Shown here: one piece after another, positions 45,540-54,435 of the stretch
How positions within the stretch are numbered: position 1 is the stretch's first letter
How the letters are laid out: each line of letters opens with the position of its first letter
Assembly: GCA_020853095.1 (NCBI GenBank)
Contig: JADYZN010000043.1
Coordinates: 34,662-98,661 of the forward strand
Length of the DNA stretch: 64,000 bases
Direction of reading: 5' to 3'
DNA from: Phycisphaerales bacterium
Lineage (GTDB): Bacteria; Planctomycetota; Phycisphaerae; Tepidisphaerales; Tepidisphaeraceae
Made by a program: the position numbers and the translations under genes
Notes under the pieces: generated by a model
What the model was told of the DNA's origin: nothing
Databases searched by the model: none
Seen by the model: only the letters and a program-made list of their open reading frames with translations

Positions 45540-45621
45540 GCCGAGGTGGCGAAATTGGCAGACGCGCCGGTCTTAGGAGCCGGTGGAGAAATCCGTAGGG
45601 GTTCGAGTCCCCTCCTCGGCA
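45540..45621 (+). tRNA. tRNA-Leu (anticodon UAG)
   Basis: 82 nt. Acceptor GCCGAGG/CCTCGGC. D arm GCG-AAATTGGCAGA-CGC. Anticodon stem CCGGT/GCCGG with loop CTTAGGA. Long variable arm. T arm AGGGG-TTCGAGT-CCCCT. Discriminator A. CCA not encoded. Confidence 0.92.
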
Positions 45622-45697
45622 TTCAAAAAAAGAATAAATTGCGTCGCCCCGCCCATCCGCCGCCTATAATCCCCCAACTCGATCTTCAGGAGATGAA

Positions 45698-45946
45698 ATG
45701 CCCGACACCGGCGATTCAACCACCCAACAATGCCTCAAAGACCTCAACAAGACCTTCATCAAGGCTTTGCGACATCTTGCCGAGGCCGGCCAGGGCGATC
45801 AGGCCTGCCAACTGGCCGCTCAGGCATGGTCGTTCCTCCGCCACAACCTGCCCGATGAAGCCGAACGCCTCAATGGTCTGCTGCATTACCTCACCGCTCC
45901 GTCCAAGTCTCATTTCTTTGCTGAAAAGCAGGGTCTGACCCCGTAG
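45698..45946 (+). CDS. Small hypothetical protein, 82 aa
   Basis: AGGAG (45688-45692) lies 5 nt upstream of ATG 45698, and TATAAT is at 45665-45670. The helical, compositionally normal sequence is preferred over the overlapping frame starting at ATG 45693. Confidence 0.55.
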   Translation: MPDTGDSTTQQCLKDLNKTFIKALRHLAEAGQGDQACQLAAQAWSFLRHNLPDEAERLNGLLHYLTAPSKSHFFAEKQGLTP

Positions 45947-45992
45947 ATTCCGACGCCGATCCCCACCCTCGCCATCGTGCAAAAGAGAGCGA

Positions 45993-47768
45993 TTACTTGG
46001 CATCCTCGCGCATTTGGCCGAAATAATTCTTCACCGTCTCCTGCGATTGCCGGCTGATGCGCTGTTGATCCACTTCGTCCATCTGTTCGTGCTGGGCCGC
46101 CTCCGCCACATCCCGCAATTGCTCCTTCGATTCCCCCTTGATCGAATTGGCCTGCACGTAGGTGCTCGCCAGAACCTTCCCATCTTTCTGATCCGGCGGC
46201 GGGGCGGCCGGATCGGTCTTGTAATTCCCCGGTTGACCCTCGTTTTTGGCGTGCCGCCCTTCTCCACTTCCCGCATGGCCGCCGGGCAAAGCCTCCGGCC
46301 CATCGGCCATCGCTCCCGGATTTGGCTGTTGACCGGGGCCATTGGCCTGGTTGCCGCCGCTGGTCGATTTCTGAGCTTGAGCCAGTTGATTGGCCTGATT
46401 CTGAGCGTTCCGCATCTGCTGCAACTGCTGTTGCATCGCCTGCTGCGACTGGGCCATCTGCGTGTTGTCGGGTTGGTTTTGTTGCCCCTTGGGTTGATTC
46501 ATCGCATCGGCCATCTGTTGCGCGTTTTGCGCCAATTGCTGCGCCTGTTGCTGGCTGTTGGCCTGCGCCTGCAATTGTGTCATCGTTTGTTGAAATTGCT
46601 GCTGTTGTTGCGGCGTCGGCCCCTGCCCGTTGTTCATCTGCCGCATCAACTGTTGTTGCATCTGCGCCAACTGCCGCTGCGCCTGTTGGTCGCCGGCGGC
46701 CGCCTGTTGCATCAGTTGCGCCATCTGCTGCGCCTGTTGCGGCGTCGCCCCCATTTCCTGCAATTTCTCCTCCATCTGTCGGCGCGTTTCGGGGTTGTTG
46801 GCCATCTTCTGCAACTGGTCGGCCAGTTCCTTCATCTGCCTGGCCGCCGCCTCACGCTCCTGATCGCTCATCTTTTCAAAATCATTCACCGCCTGCCGCA
46901 AATGATCGATCGCCGACTGAAAATCCCCGTTGGCCATGTCCCGCTGCGCCTGCGCCACCGGCCCTTGCTCCCCTGTCGCGGGCATCTGCGAAAACTGCTT
47001 GCGGTCCTGCTGTGCATTGGCGTAATTCTGGCTTTGGTCGATGGTGCGCTTCAACGACTCCTTCACATCCTGCAACGCCTTCTGCGCCGCCATCCGCGCC
47101 TGCACCGGATCCTTTGGCGGCGATTTGAGCATCTCCTCCAGTTCCCGCCGGGCCTCTTTCACCTTCGGATCATTGGTCACCTCGGCCGGCATCGAATCGA
47201 TCCGCGCCATCGCCTCTCCGATGGCTTTTTTCGATTCCTCGGTTCGCTTCTGTTCCTGCGCCAGCGCCAGCCGTTGTTGCTCGTGCCCCAATAAATCCAT
47301 CGGCTTGACGAATTTCGCCGCCAACAGCGCCAAGATCGCCACCCCCGCCGCCGCATACCCGATGCGCGGAAACCTCAACGGAAACCGCCGCCGCAACGAA
47401 ACCGCCTTGGCCGACTCCTCCGCATCCGCCACCGCCGCCCGCGCAAATTCATCCTCCCGGCCGCGCGCATAAAGCGCTGTGCTGAATTTTTCCTTCAACC
47501 CAAGCGTCCGATCAATCGCCACCGCCGCCTCGTGCGCCCCCGGCCGCCGCCAGATCGCATACCCCACCGCCAGCGCCACCGCCGCCGCCAACCCCACCCC
47601 CAACCAAACCCTCGCCCCCTCCACCTCCAGCGAAAACAACCTCACCCCCAGCACGCCAATCAAAACCACCCCCGCCAACCCCAGCAACGTCCACGCCAAC
47701 CCCTCCACCAGCCGCCCCAGCGCCAGCTTGTTGCGTACCACCCTGATATGTCGATCGATCCGGCTCAT
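45993..47768 (-). CDS. Membrane-anchored protein with long Gln-rich coiled-coil/low-complexity region
   Basis: 591 aa. Two N-terminal TM helices (LAWTLLGLAGVVLIGVLGV, VWLGVGLAAAVALAVGYAIW). Residues ~341-468 are about 40% Gln by my count (53 of 128). Confidence 0.75.
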   Translation of the reverse strand: MSRIDRHIRVVRNKLALGRLVEGLAWTLLGLAGVVLIGVLGVRLFSLEVEGARVWLGVGLAAAVALAVGYAIWRRPGAHEAAVAIDRTLGLKEKFSTALYARGREDEFARAAVADAEESAKAVSLRRRFPLRFPRIGYAAAGVAILALLAAKFVKPMDLLGHEQQRLALAQEQKRTEESKKAIGEAMARIDSMPAEVTNDPKVKEARRELEEMLKSPPKDPVQARMAAQKALQDVKESLKRTIDQSQNYANAQQDRKQFSQMPATGEQGPVAQAQRDMANGDFQSAIDHLRQAVNDFEKMSDQEREAAARQMKELADQLQKMANNPETRRQMEEKLQEMGATPQQAQQMAQLMQQAAAGDQQAQRQLAQMQQQLMRQMNNGQGPTPQQQQQFQQTMTQLQAQANSQQQAQQLAQNAQQMADAMNQPKGQQNQPDNTQMAQSQQAMQQQLQQMRNAQNQANQLAQAQKSTSGGNQANGPGQQPNPGAMADGPEALPGGHAGSGEGRHAKNEGQPGNYKTDPAAPPPDQKDGKVLASTYVQANSIKGESKEQLRDVAEAAQHEQMDEVDQQRISRQSQETVKNYFGQMREDAK

Positions 47769-47886
47769 CGTGTTACCCAGCCGATTGTATCATCCTGCCG
47801 GATGAGACGCCGTTGTGAGTAATTAGTTTTCCTAAATCGGGAAAAATCGACTCCAAGCGAACAAGGGAGGAGTTCCAAATGGTGAT

Positions 47887-49593
47887 TCACCGCTTGTTAT
47901 TGCCAGTCCGACTCATCAACACAAAGCCTGCCAGGCTAAACAGGATTGCGGCGACAGGTTCCGGCACCGCGACGACGGCAAAGCTGCTGTTGTGATTGAT
48001 CACCGCCCAGACGGTGTTGGTGCTGATATCAACCCCGTGGAAACCCAAGCCATAACTGGAATTCCACGGGCCGGCGACAAATGTCGATGTCCCGCCGCTG
48101 TTGCCGTTGGTCGCCAAAACCCATTCTCCATCGCTGAGCCATCCAAGACGAGCGTTGCTCTCACTGCCAAAGAGGCCGTCGGCCAGACTCTGATCGTAAG
48201 ATAGTTGCAGGATGAAGGTGTCGCCCTCGGTCCCGCTCAGGGTCAGGATGTCACTGACCGTATAAGCCGGATCGCCCGCCTGAAAGGCCACATCAACACT
48301 GCGATTTAATCCCAAAGCGCCCGCTCCGCCATTGCCGGCTATTCCGCCCAGAAGGCCGACGGTCGTCCCCAGACCGGATGGATTGATGGTCGGGACAAAC
48401 TTGTTGTAGTTCATGCCGCTGACAAACTTGGTGTTGCGGGCGGCGCCACCTGCGCTGATGCTCGTCAGCGGATTGGCAGGATCCATCCGCAGGGCGCGCA
48501 TGCCCTGGCCCGCAACCTGCCCCACGGCCGCTATCTGGCCAAATTCGTTGATGCGCCGGCCCATCTGGAATTGACCCATCTGAATCTTGCTCACGCCGGT
48601 GTTGGCGGGAATGAGATTATTGAGGTCGCTCATGACGCCGCCGCTGTAGATGAATCCGTGATTCTCAACGCCGGTTGAGGATTCTCCGACGATCTGTCCG
48701 GCATTGTTGATCGAGACCGCGTACGAGGAGTAATTGGGGCCGCCCAATGCCCCCAGATCGACGTTCGACGACCCCGTGCCGCTGAACAACGTGGCGTGCA
48801 GAGCGCCGCCGGACACGCCGGACCGGCCGACAATTTGGCCCGAATCGTTAATTCCAAGCGCCCATCCGCTGACATACGGATAGGTATTGAGGTCGCCGAG
48901 ATCGGCTTGCCCACCCGCGTAGATTCGCACCGGGCGCTGCATACCGCTGGAGGTCCACCCCTCACCGACCATTTGGCCCAGGTTGTTGATGGCGTAAACA
49001 TAGAGGCTGGGGTATGTCGGGTACGATCCCACCTGGGTGGCGCTCCCGGCGATGTTGAAAAGCGTGGCGCGGTTGCTGATGTTCTGATCAGACGAGAAGC
49101 CCGCGATCTGGCCGGAGTTGTTGATCGCAAAGGCCGCTCCTCCTCCACCACCCCCGATCGACCCCAGGTTCAGATTGTTCGATCCGGTGCCGCTGAAAAG
49201 TGTCGCCTGAAAACTGCCTGATGGTCCATAGGCCTTGCCCACGATCTGCCCGGAATCATTGATGGCATAGGCAATACTCGTGTTGTTGGAGATGTTGCTC
49301 AGGCTTCCCAAGTCCAGGTTGCCCGAACCTGTACCGGAAAACAATGTCGCGTGGGCGGTGGCGCGATTTGCTGTCTCTGACCAGCCGACCACCTGCCCCA
49401 GGTTATTGATGCCAATGGCATCGCTGTACGTTCCACCCAGGCCGCCGAGGTTGGTGACGGTATACGCCGGATTAACCGGCGTCTGCGCCAACGCCGGCCA
49501 TGCCGACAATGCCACAATCCATGCACCTATAACTGCAATCCCATGCCCACCAAGACACAAAAAGAGTGGCTGATTCGGTCGAGTATTGGACAT
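47887..49593 (-). CDS. HAF-family extracellular repeat protein with PEP-CTERM anchor
   Basis: 568 aa. Repeated INN[LS]GQ[IV]VG...HATLFSG...LDLG units (HAF repeats). C-terminus VPEPVAAILFSLAGFVLMSRTGNNKR. Confidence 0.88.
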   Translation of the reverse strand: MSNTRPNQPLFLCLGGHGIAVIGAWIVALSAWPALAQTPVNPAYTVTNLGGLGGTYSDAIGINNLGQVVGWSETANRATAHATLFSGTGSGNLDLGSLSNISNNTSIAYAINDSGQIVGKAYGPSGSFQATLFSGTGSNNLNLGSIGGGGGGAAFAINNSGQIAGFSSDQNISNRATLFNIAGSATQVGSYPTYPSLYVYAINNLGQMVGEGWTSSGMQRPVRIYAGGQADLGDLNTYPYVSGWALGINDSGQIVGRSGVSGGALHATLFSGTGSSNVDLGALGGPNYSSYAVSINNAGQIVGESSTGVENHGFIYSGGVMSDLNNLIPANTGVSKIQMGQFQMGRRINEFGQIAAVGQVAGQGMRALRMDPANPLTSISAGGAARNTKFVSGMNYNKFVPTINPSGLGTTVGLLGGIAGNGGAGALGLNRSVDVAFQAGDPAYTVSDILTLSGTEGDTFILQLSYDQSLADGLFGSESNARLGWLSDGEWVLATNGNSGGTSTFVAGPWNSSYGLGFHGVDISTNTVWAVINHNSSFAVVAVPEPVAAILFSLAGFVLMSRTGNNKR

Positions 49594-49714
49594 GTCAACC
49601 TCCGGAACTGCGATTTGCCACTTAAAAGTCTATCACATCCTAATGTCGTACTCAAGAATTCTTAATAATAGAGCAATATTTGGATTTTGAGCAAACTGTT
49701 TCACCGCCTGGCAT

Positions 49715-51010
49715 TTATAAATAACGCAAAATCAATGCAATATGCCGCCCCGTCGCCCCTTTTTGGCTCGCCACCACTTCCTGTGCCCGCCTTCCCATCG
49801 CTCGGCCGGATTCCGGATCAACCATGAATCCTTCCATCGCCCGGCCCAATTCCTCGCCGCTGGTGATTTCTTTGATCCCCTCCCCACGCCGAAGGGCATT
49901 CATCACTTCCGTAAAATTTCCCGTCCATCGCCCCACGATCACCGGTTTGCCCAGCGCCGCAGGCTCGATCATGTCGCTGCCGTGCTGGCGTTCGCCCTGA
50001 TCCACAAGCGTTCGACCCACAAAAACCACGTCCGACAGGCTGTAAAATTTTCGCAATTCTCCCATCGTGTCCCCCAGGATCACCACCGGGCCGGCTTCCG
50101 TTCCGGTCAAAGCCGAACTCGACCGCCGGAAGACTCGAAATCCCGCATCGGCAATCTGTTGTGCCACCCCATCAAATCGCTCCGGCTTTCGCGGCACAAT
50201 CACCAGGCGCAAACCGGGAAATCGCTCCAACAACTTTCGATACAGCCCCAAAACAATCGCTTCCTCCCCATCGCCGGTTGATCCGCAGACCCAGATGCGT
50301 TCCTCGCCCGGCCGCAAACCCACGGCCTCCGCCAACTCCCGATCGCCCTCCACCCGATCCGCCACCTCGGCCGTATCAAACTTCATCGTCCCCGTCACCA
50401 CCACCCGATCCCGCTTCACCCCAAGGCCGACAAACCGCCCGGCATAGACCTGCTCCTGCGCGCAAACCCCCGCCAATCGTCCAAACATCCCCCAACTCAC
50501 CGGCCCAAGCCATCTGTAACCCCTGTAACTACCCGGAGTTAATCGACCATTGACCAGCACCACCAGGATGTTTCGCTTCTGGCATTGCACCATCCAGTTG
50601 GGCCATACCTCCAGCTCCATCAACACCACCACCGATGGCCTCAATCCATCCAACACCCGGCCCACCGCGCCGCTGAAATCCAGCGGATAGCGAATCAATG
50701 TCACCCTCGGATCGGCCCCATACAACTGCTTTCCCCGTTCAAACCCCGTTTCCGTGCCGGCCGAGACGATAAATCGCAAATCCGCCCGCGCTTCGGCCAA
50801 TCCTTTCACCAGCGCTCGCGTGGCGTTGATCTCTCCAAGGCTGACCGCATGGATCATCACCGCTTGCTCATCGCCTGTGCGCGGCACAACATTCCCCATA
50901 CGCAACCGCAATGCGGACAATACTTTACGGCGAACTTTGGGTGCGATCAGCCAATACGGTGACGCCGCCACGATACCGATTGCATAGGCGATGTCGTATC
51001 CGTTGATCAT
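49715..51010 (-). CDS. waaA: 3-deoxy-D-manno-octulosonic acid (Kdo) transferase
   Basis: ORF track 461 aa, trimmed to ATG 51010. IHAVSLGEINA, LMELEVWPN, LVIVPRKPERF and ILGDTMGEL parallel E. coli WaaA (LHSVSVGE, IMETELWPN, LVPRHPERF, VGDTMGEL). ATGA overlap with the nadD stop. Confidence 0.9.
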   Translation of the reverse strand: MINGYDIAYAIGIVAASPYWLIAPKVRRKVLSALRLRMGNVVPRTGDEQAVMIHAVSLGEINATRALVKGLAEARADLRFIVSAGTETGFERGKQLYGADPRVTLIRYPLDFSGAVGRVLDGLRPSVVVLMELEVWPNWMVQCQKRNILVVLVNGRLTPGSYRGYRWLGPVSWGMFGRLAGVCAQEQVYAGRFVGLGVKRDRVVVTGTMKFDTAEVADRVEGDRELAEAVGLRPGEERIWVCGSTGDGEEAIVLGLYRKLLERFPGLRLVIVPRKPERFDGVAQQIADAGFRVFRRSSSALTGTEAGPVVILGDTMGELRKFYSLSDVVFVGRTLVDQGERQHGSDMIEPAALGKPVIVGRWTGNFTEVMNALRRGEGIKEITSGEELGRAMEGFMVDPESGRAMGRRAQEVVASQKGATGRHIALILRYL

Positions 51011-51606
51011 CGATAAAGACCGTTGTCCGCAATATATTGACAAACCGCCGGTGGCGTCAGATAGGCGATCGACAACCCCGCCGCCAGACGACGCCGACAA
51101 TCGGTGGCACTGATGTCGATCAGGGGAGCTTCCACGACATTTTGTTGCAGATGTTGGTAGGCCGGCCCTAATGTCGCCCAGTCAAATTGCCACCCCGGCC
51201 GGGCCATCAGAACCAGGTTCGCCTCTTGAATAATCTCCAAAGGCTTGTGCCATTTTGGCAGATAATTGAGCATATCTGCCCCGATCAGCCATGAAACGGA
51301 TGGCCAGCCGGCCGATTTGAGTTGCCGGATTGTGTCCAGCGTGTAACTTGGCCCGCTTCGTCGCATCTCCAAGTCACTGATATCAAAGAAGTTATCGCCT
51401 TTGACCGCCAGCCGGCACATTTTCAGTCGATCTTTTGCGCTGGCGAGATGGCTTTGGTCCGGTTTGTGCGGTGGTTGAGCGGTTGGTATGAGCAGGACGC
51501 CCTCGAACCCCAGACGTTCGGCCACCGCGCGGGCGCATAGGAGATGAGCATGATGGATCGGATTGAAGCTGCCGCCGAAACAAAGCCTTGGCATCTGGGT
51601 GTTCAT
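51007..51606 (-). CDS. nadD: Nicotinate-nucleotide adenylyltransferase
   Basis: 199 aa. FGGSFNPIHHAHL (HxGH-type nucleotidyltransferase motif) and ISATDCRRRL near the C-terminus. Confidence 0.9.
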   Translation of the reverse strand: MNTQMPRLCFGGSFNPIHHAHLLCARAVAERLGFEGVLLIPTAQPPHKPDQSHLASAKDRLKMCRLAVKGDNFFDISDLEMRRSGPSYTLDTIRQLKSAGWPSVSWLIGADMLNYLPKWHKPLEIIQEANLVLMARPGWQFDWATLGPAYQHLQQNVVEAPLIDISATDCRRRLAAGLSIAYLTPPAVCQYIADNGLYR

Positions 51607-51820
51607 TTATAACGTCCTTTAATCAGGACCACCAAATGTGGATTGATAGGTGTCCACCTGCAAGGAGCTGATTTCCGGTCGGTTGGCAAGTAATGCAAGG
51701 CCATTGGGTTATAATCAAAACCCGAAGTTATTATGGGTCGTATGATTTAAGAAACCGGCGTAATGCGTAAAATGATGGATGACAGGGACGGTTTTTGACA
51801 GTAGAAGCGAGGTAATCAGG

Positions 51821-52786
51821 ATGACCACCATGACAACGACAACCCGACGTAAAGGATCGACTCTGAGCCGGGCGCTGCGCCTGCGTGCGGAGGCGATTTT
51901 GGGCGAATCTTATGCGTACATGGACAGCCCCATTTTCCGTAAAAAGAGTACCGAAATGGAGCTATTTAACTATGACGTTGAGCCGCAGTTGCCGTTGACG
52001 AGCTGGTATCAGCCGACACGGGATGAGGAGCTTGGCGTGAGCGGCTCGCCGCAACTGATGAGCACGCCCGAAGAGCGGCAGATGTTTCTGCGCTATAACT
52101 ATTCCAAGTGCCGGCTGAGCCGATTGCAGCGGAAGGTCAAAAAAGAAGGCCTGACCCGCGAGTCGGCCCGCGAGGCGGTCAAATGGCATCATCGTTTTGA
52201 GCATTTCCGCGAATACCTGGTGCGGACCAATCTGGCGTTGGTGCTGGCGATGGCCAAGCGCACCCGGCTGGGCGACGTGGATTTCGCGGAGATCGTCTCC
52301 GAAGGAAACATGGCGTTGCTGCGAGCGGTGGAAAAGTTCAACGTGGAACGCGGATTCAAATTTTCCACCTATGCCTGCCGGGCGGTTCTGAAGGCGTTCA
52401 GCCGGACGGCCCAGAAGTCGTCGCGCTATCGCACCCGTTTTCCGGTGGAATTTGAGCCGGACATGGAAAAGAGCGACTGGCAGGACCGACGGCGCGATCA
52501 GGTTGAGGAGGATTGCATCGACGAGTTGAAGACCATCGTCGACCGCAATCTGGCCGACCTGAGCAACGTCGAACAGACCGTGATTCGACGCCGGTTCAAC
52601 TGGCAGCAGAAAGAGGAAGACCCTCTGACGCTGGAAGAAGTCGGCAAGATAATCGGCGTGACCAAGGAGCGCGTCCGCCAGATCCAGAACAAGGCGCTGG
52701 CGAAGATCAAGCTGGTGATGGAAGAAGGGGTGTTGCGCACCCACACCCAGCCGACCGAGGAAGCCGCAACCGCGGAGCCGGCGTAG
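51821..52786 (+). CDS. Sigma-70 family RNA polymerase sigma factor (regions 2, 3 and 4 present)
   Basis: NLALVLAMAKR, EIVSEGNMALLRAVEKFNVERGFKFSTYACRAVLKAF (region 2), LTLEEVGKIIGVTKERVRQIQNKALAKIK (region 4.2). Start is ATG 51821 (GAGG upstream) or ATG 51779. Confidence 0.88.
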   Translation: MTTMTTTTRRKGSTLSRALRLRAEAILGESYAYMDSPIFRKKSTEMELFNYDVEPQLPLTSWYQPTRDEELGVSGSPQLMSTPEERQMFLRYNYSKCRLSRLQRKVKKEGLTRESAREAVKWHHRFEHFREYLVRTNLALVLAMAKRTRLGDVDFAEIVSEGNMALLRAVEKFNVERGFKFSTYACRAVLKAFSRTAQKSSRYRTRFPVEFEPDMEKSDWQDRRRDQVEEDCIDELKTIVDRNLADLSNVEQTVIRRRFNWQQKEEDPLTLEEVGKIIGVTKERVRQIQNKALAKIKLVMEEGVLRTHTQPTEEAATAEPA

Positions 52787-52811
52787 GTTTTGTCCGACAA
52801 GAAGCACCAAC

Positions 52812-52846
52812 GCGGCGCGCCGGCCATCCGGCAGCGCCGCTTTTTT
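52812..52846 (+). terminator. Intrinsic terminator of the sigma factor gene
   Basis: GCGGCGCGCCGG-ccat-CCGGC-a-GCGCCGC (12 bp with one bulge), followed by TTTTTT (52841-52846). Confidence 0.75.
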
Positions 52847-53496
52847 CATGCGCTGGCCGGCTGGGCGACCGGAAGATGTGAAACCAGTTGATCCACCAGT
52901 GCGATCAGGCGGTCCAGTTCGATCGGGTCGAACAGCCGGGCGGAAAAATCAAGCAGCAGGACATCCTCCCGCAACAACAGCCCCAGGTCGGGCGGCAGCA
53001 AGCCGCGAACGGGCGAAGTCGCCAGCGCCCTGGCGGCGGCGGCCGTGACGCCATACACGCCAAATCGGTTTGGTGTGCTGAGCGCGGGAAAATGGCGCAG
53101 CGACAAGGGATCGATCAGGCCCGATTCCTTGATGGAGGGTCGAAGGGCGGTGGCCGGCCAGTTCATCGGCAATTGTCGCACCAGAAGATGGCGGGGAGAT
53201 GGGGATGAATCGGTCGGCGCCAGCCGCAACAACCAGGTCCGCTGGCGGTGGAAGGCCGTGAGGATCTGAAGATGTTGTCGAAGGATCGGAGGGATCAGCG
53301 ACAAGGGCACATCGAACGGCGGGCACACCGGTTGATGGTCCGATTCGCGTGCCCACAGGCTCAGTTGCGTCTGTTCACGCAACACCGTCCATCGGCGCAC
53401 CAGCACGATGAAAACGATGGTCGAGGCGATCAGGATCAACCCCATCGCCGGCAGAAAATACCACGTCGAAATCAGTGGGATGGCGGGCCGGATCAT
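52846..53496 (-). CDS. Hypothetical membrane-anchored protein
   Basis: 216 aa. One N-terminal TM helix (FLPAMGLILIASTIVFIVLV). The rest is Pro/Leu/Arg-rich with no motif recognised. Confidence 0.6.
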   Translation of the reverse strand: MIRPAIPLISTWYFLPAMGLILIASTIVFIVLVRRWTVLREQTQLSLWARESDHQPVCPPFDVPLSLIPPILRQHLQILTAFHRQRTWLLRLAPTDSSPSPRHLLVRQLPMNWPATALRPSIKESGLIDPLSLRHFPALSTPNRFGVYGVTAAAARALATSPVRGLLPPDLGLLLREDVLLLDFSARLFDPIELDRLIALVDQLVSHLPVAQPASA

Positions 53497-53583
53497 CGGT
53501 TTGATTTTATCGGACGACCCGCGCGGACGACAAACCGCGACGCGCTATATTTTCCGCAACGGGATGGCCGATAGCGGGAGGGT

Positions 53584-53994
53584 ATGCCCGATTATGCATG
53601 GATCGTGGAGCGGATGAAACAGCAGCATGACATCCGCATCCGGCGGTGGCGGCGGAACATGAGCGGGTGTGCGTGGAGCGTCTATTATCACGATGGTCGC
53701 AAGATCAACTGGATCGAATCTCCATTTCCCAAGACCCCCATCAGCCTGTCGATCTTTCTGCACGAGGTGGGTCATCACGTGATCGGATTCAAGCGGTATC
53801 GGACGCGCTGCCAGGAGGAATATCACGCCTGGCAATGGGCGATCGAGCGAATGATGGACCTGGGCGTGCCGCCCGATGCGAAGGTGATGAGACGGTTTGA
53901 TCTGTCGATGCGATATGCCGTGGGCAAGGCCCTTCGGCGGGGCATCCGGTCATTGCCGGCGCCGTTGGAGCAATTCCTGCCGCAGGCGGCGTGA
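53584..53994 (+). CDS. Small putative zinc metallopeptidase (HExxH), 136 aa
   Basis: LSIFLHEVGHHVIG with Glu residues about 17-18 aa downstream (CQEEYHAW), compatible with a gluzincin-type site. Family not recognised. Confidence 0.6.
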   Translation: MPDYAWIVERMKQQHDIRIRRWRRNMSGCAWSVYYHDGRKINWIESPFPKTPISLSIFLHEVGHHVIGFKRYRTRCQEEYHAWQWAIERMMDLGVPPDAKVMRRFDLSMRYAVGKALRRGIRSLPAPLEQFLPQAA

Positions 53995-54011
53995 TGGCGG
54001 GCGTGGCGAAT

Positions 54012-54052
54012 GGCCCCGATCAACGGCCCCGGATCAACGGCCCCCGATCAAC
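54012..54052. repeat. 3x tandem 13-14-nt repeat, each unit containing GATC
   Basis: GGCCCCGATCAAC (54012-54024), GGCCCCGGATCAAC (54025-54038), GGCCCCCGATCAAC (54039-54052). Lies between convergent genes; the last unit overlaps the stop codon of the HMA gene. Confidence 0.85.
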
Positions 54053-54314
54053 AATGTTCGCCCGGTTCGGCATCCCGCTGGCTGAAACCGGTGACGCGAT
54101 AACCGGCCGTGGAGACCACGTCCGCGAGCTGGCTCAGCGTGACGGCCCCCTTGTGAAACAACACCGAGGCCTGGCCACTGTTGAAATCGACCTCCACCTC
54201 GTGAACGCCGGGCACTTTTTCCAGGGATTTCTGGATGGCCTGCTCGCAACGATGACAGTGCATCCCTTCGATGCGAATCAGCGCCAACTGGTCAAGTCCG
54301 ACGTCATGCGACAT
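54048..54314 (-). CDS. Heavy-metal-associated (HMA) domain protein, CopZ-like metallochaperone
   Basis: LIRIEGMHCHRCEQAIQKSLEKVPGVHEVEVDF has the GMxCxxC metal-binding loop and a ferredoxin-like pattern. AGGAG lies 7 nt upstream of ATG 54314. Confidence 0.85.
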   Translation of the reverse strand: MSHDVGLDQLALIRIEGMHCHRCEQAIQKSLEKVPGVHEVEVDFNSGQASVLFHKGAVTLSQLADVVSTAGYRVTGFSQRDAEPGEHC

Positions 54315-54435
54315 CTTGAATCTCCTGCGGAAATATACCGTAAGACTTTGAGTATTGCCGGGCAAGGTACATTATATACATTGATTGAGGTAAGCAACAA
54401 TTTGACAACCCATGCAGGGAAGGTTGAGCGAACCA

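Noticed and set aside
45435-45938. 167-aa plus-strand ORF
   Set aside because: It runs straight through the tRNA-Leu gene (45540-45621). Only the shorter 82-aa frame starting at ATG 45698 behind AGGAG is kept, and with modest confidence.
46014-47294. 426-aa plus-strand ORF, Leu/Arg/His-rich
   Set aside because: It is the antisense mirror of the CAG/CAA-rich Gln tract of the 591-aa minus-strand gene. It has extreme composition and no motifs. The minus-strand protein has TM helices and a sensible architecture.
45540-47886. tRNA-Leu as an integration site for a genomic island
   Set aside because: There is no integrase, and I saw no repeat of the tRNA 3' end downstream. The flanking genes show no obvious compositional break.
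47879-47995. 38-codon plus-strand ORF with a strong GGGAGGA box 7 nt upstream
   Set aside because: It lies entirely antisense to the PEP-CTERM tail of the HAF gene and has no recognisable features. It is probably a chance SD-like sequence in the 3' flank.
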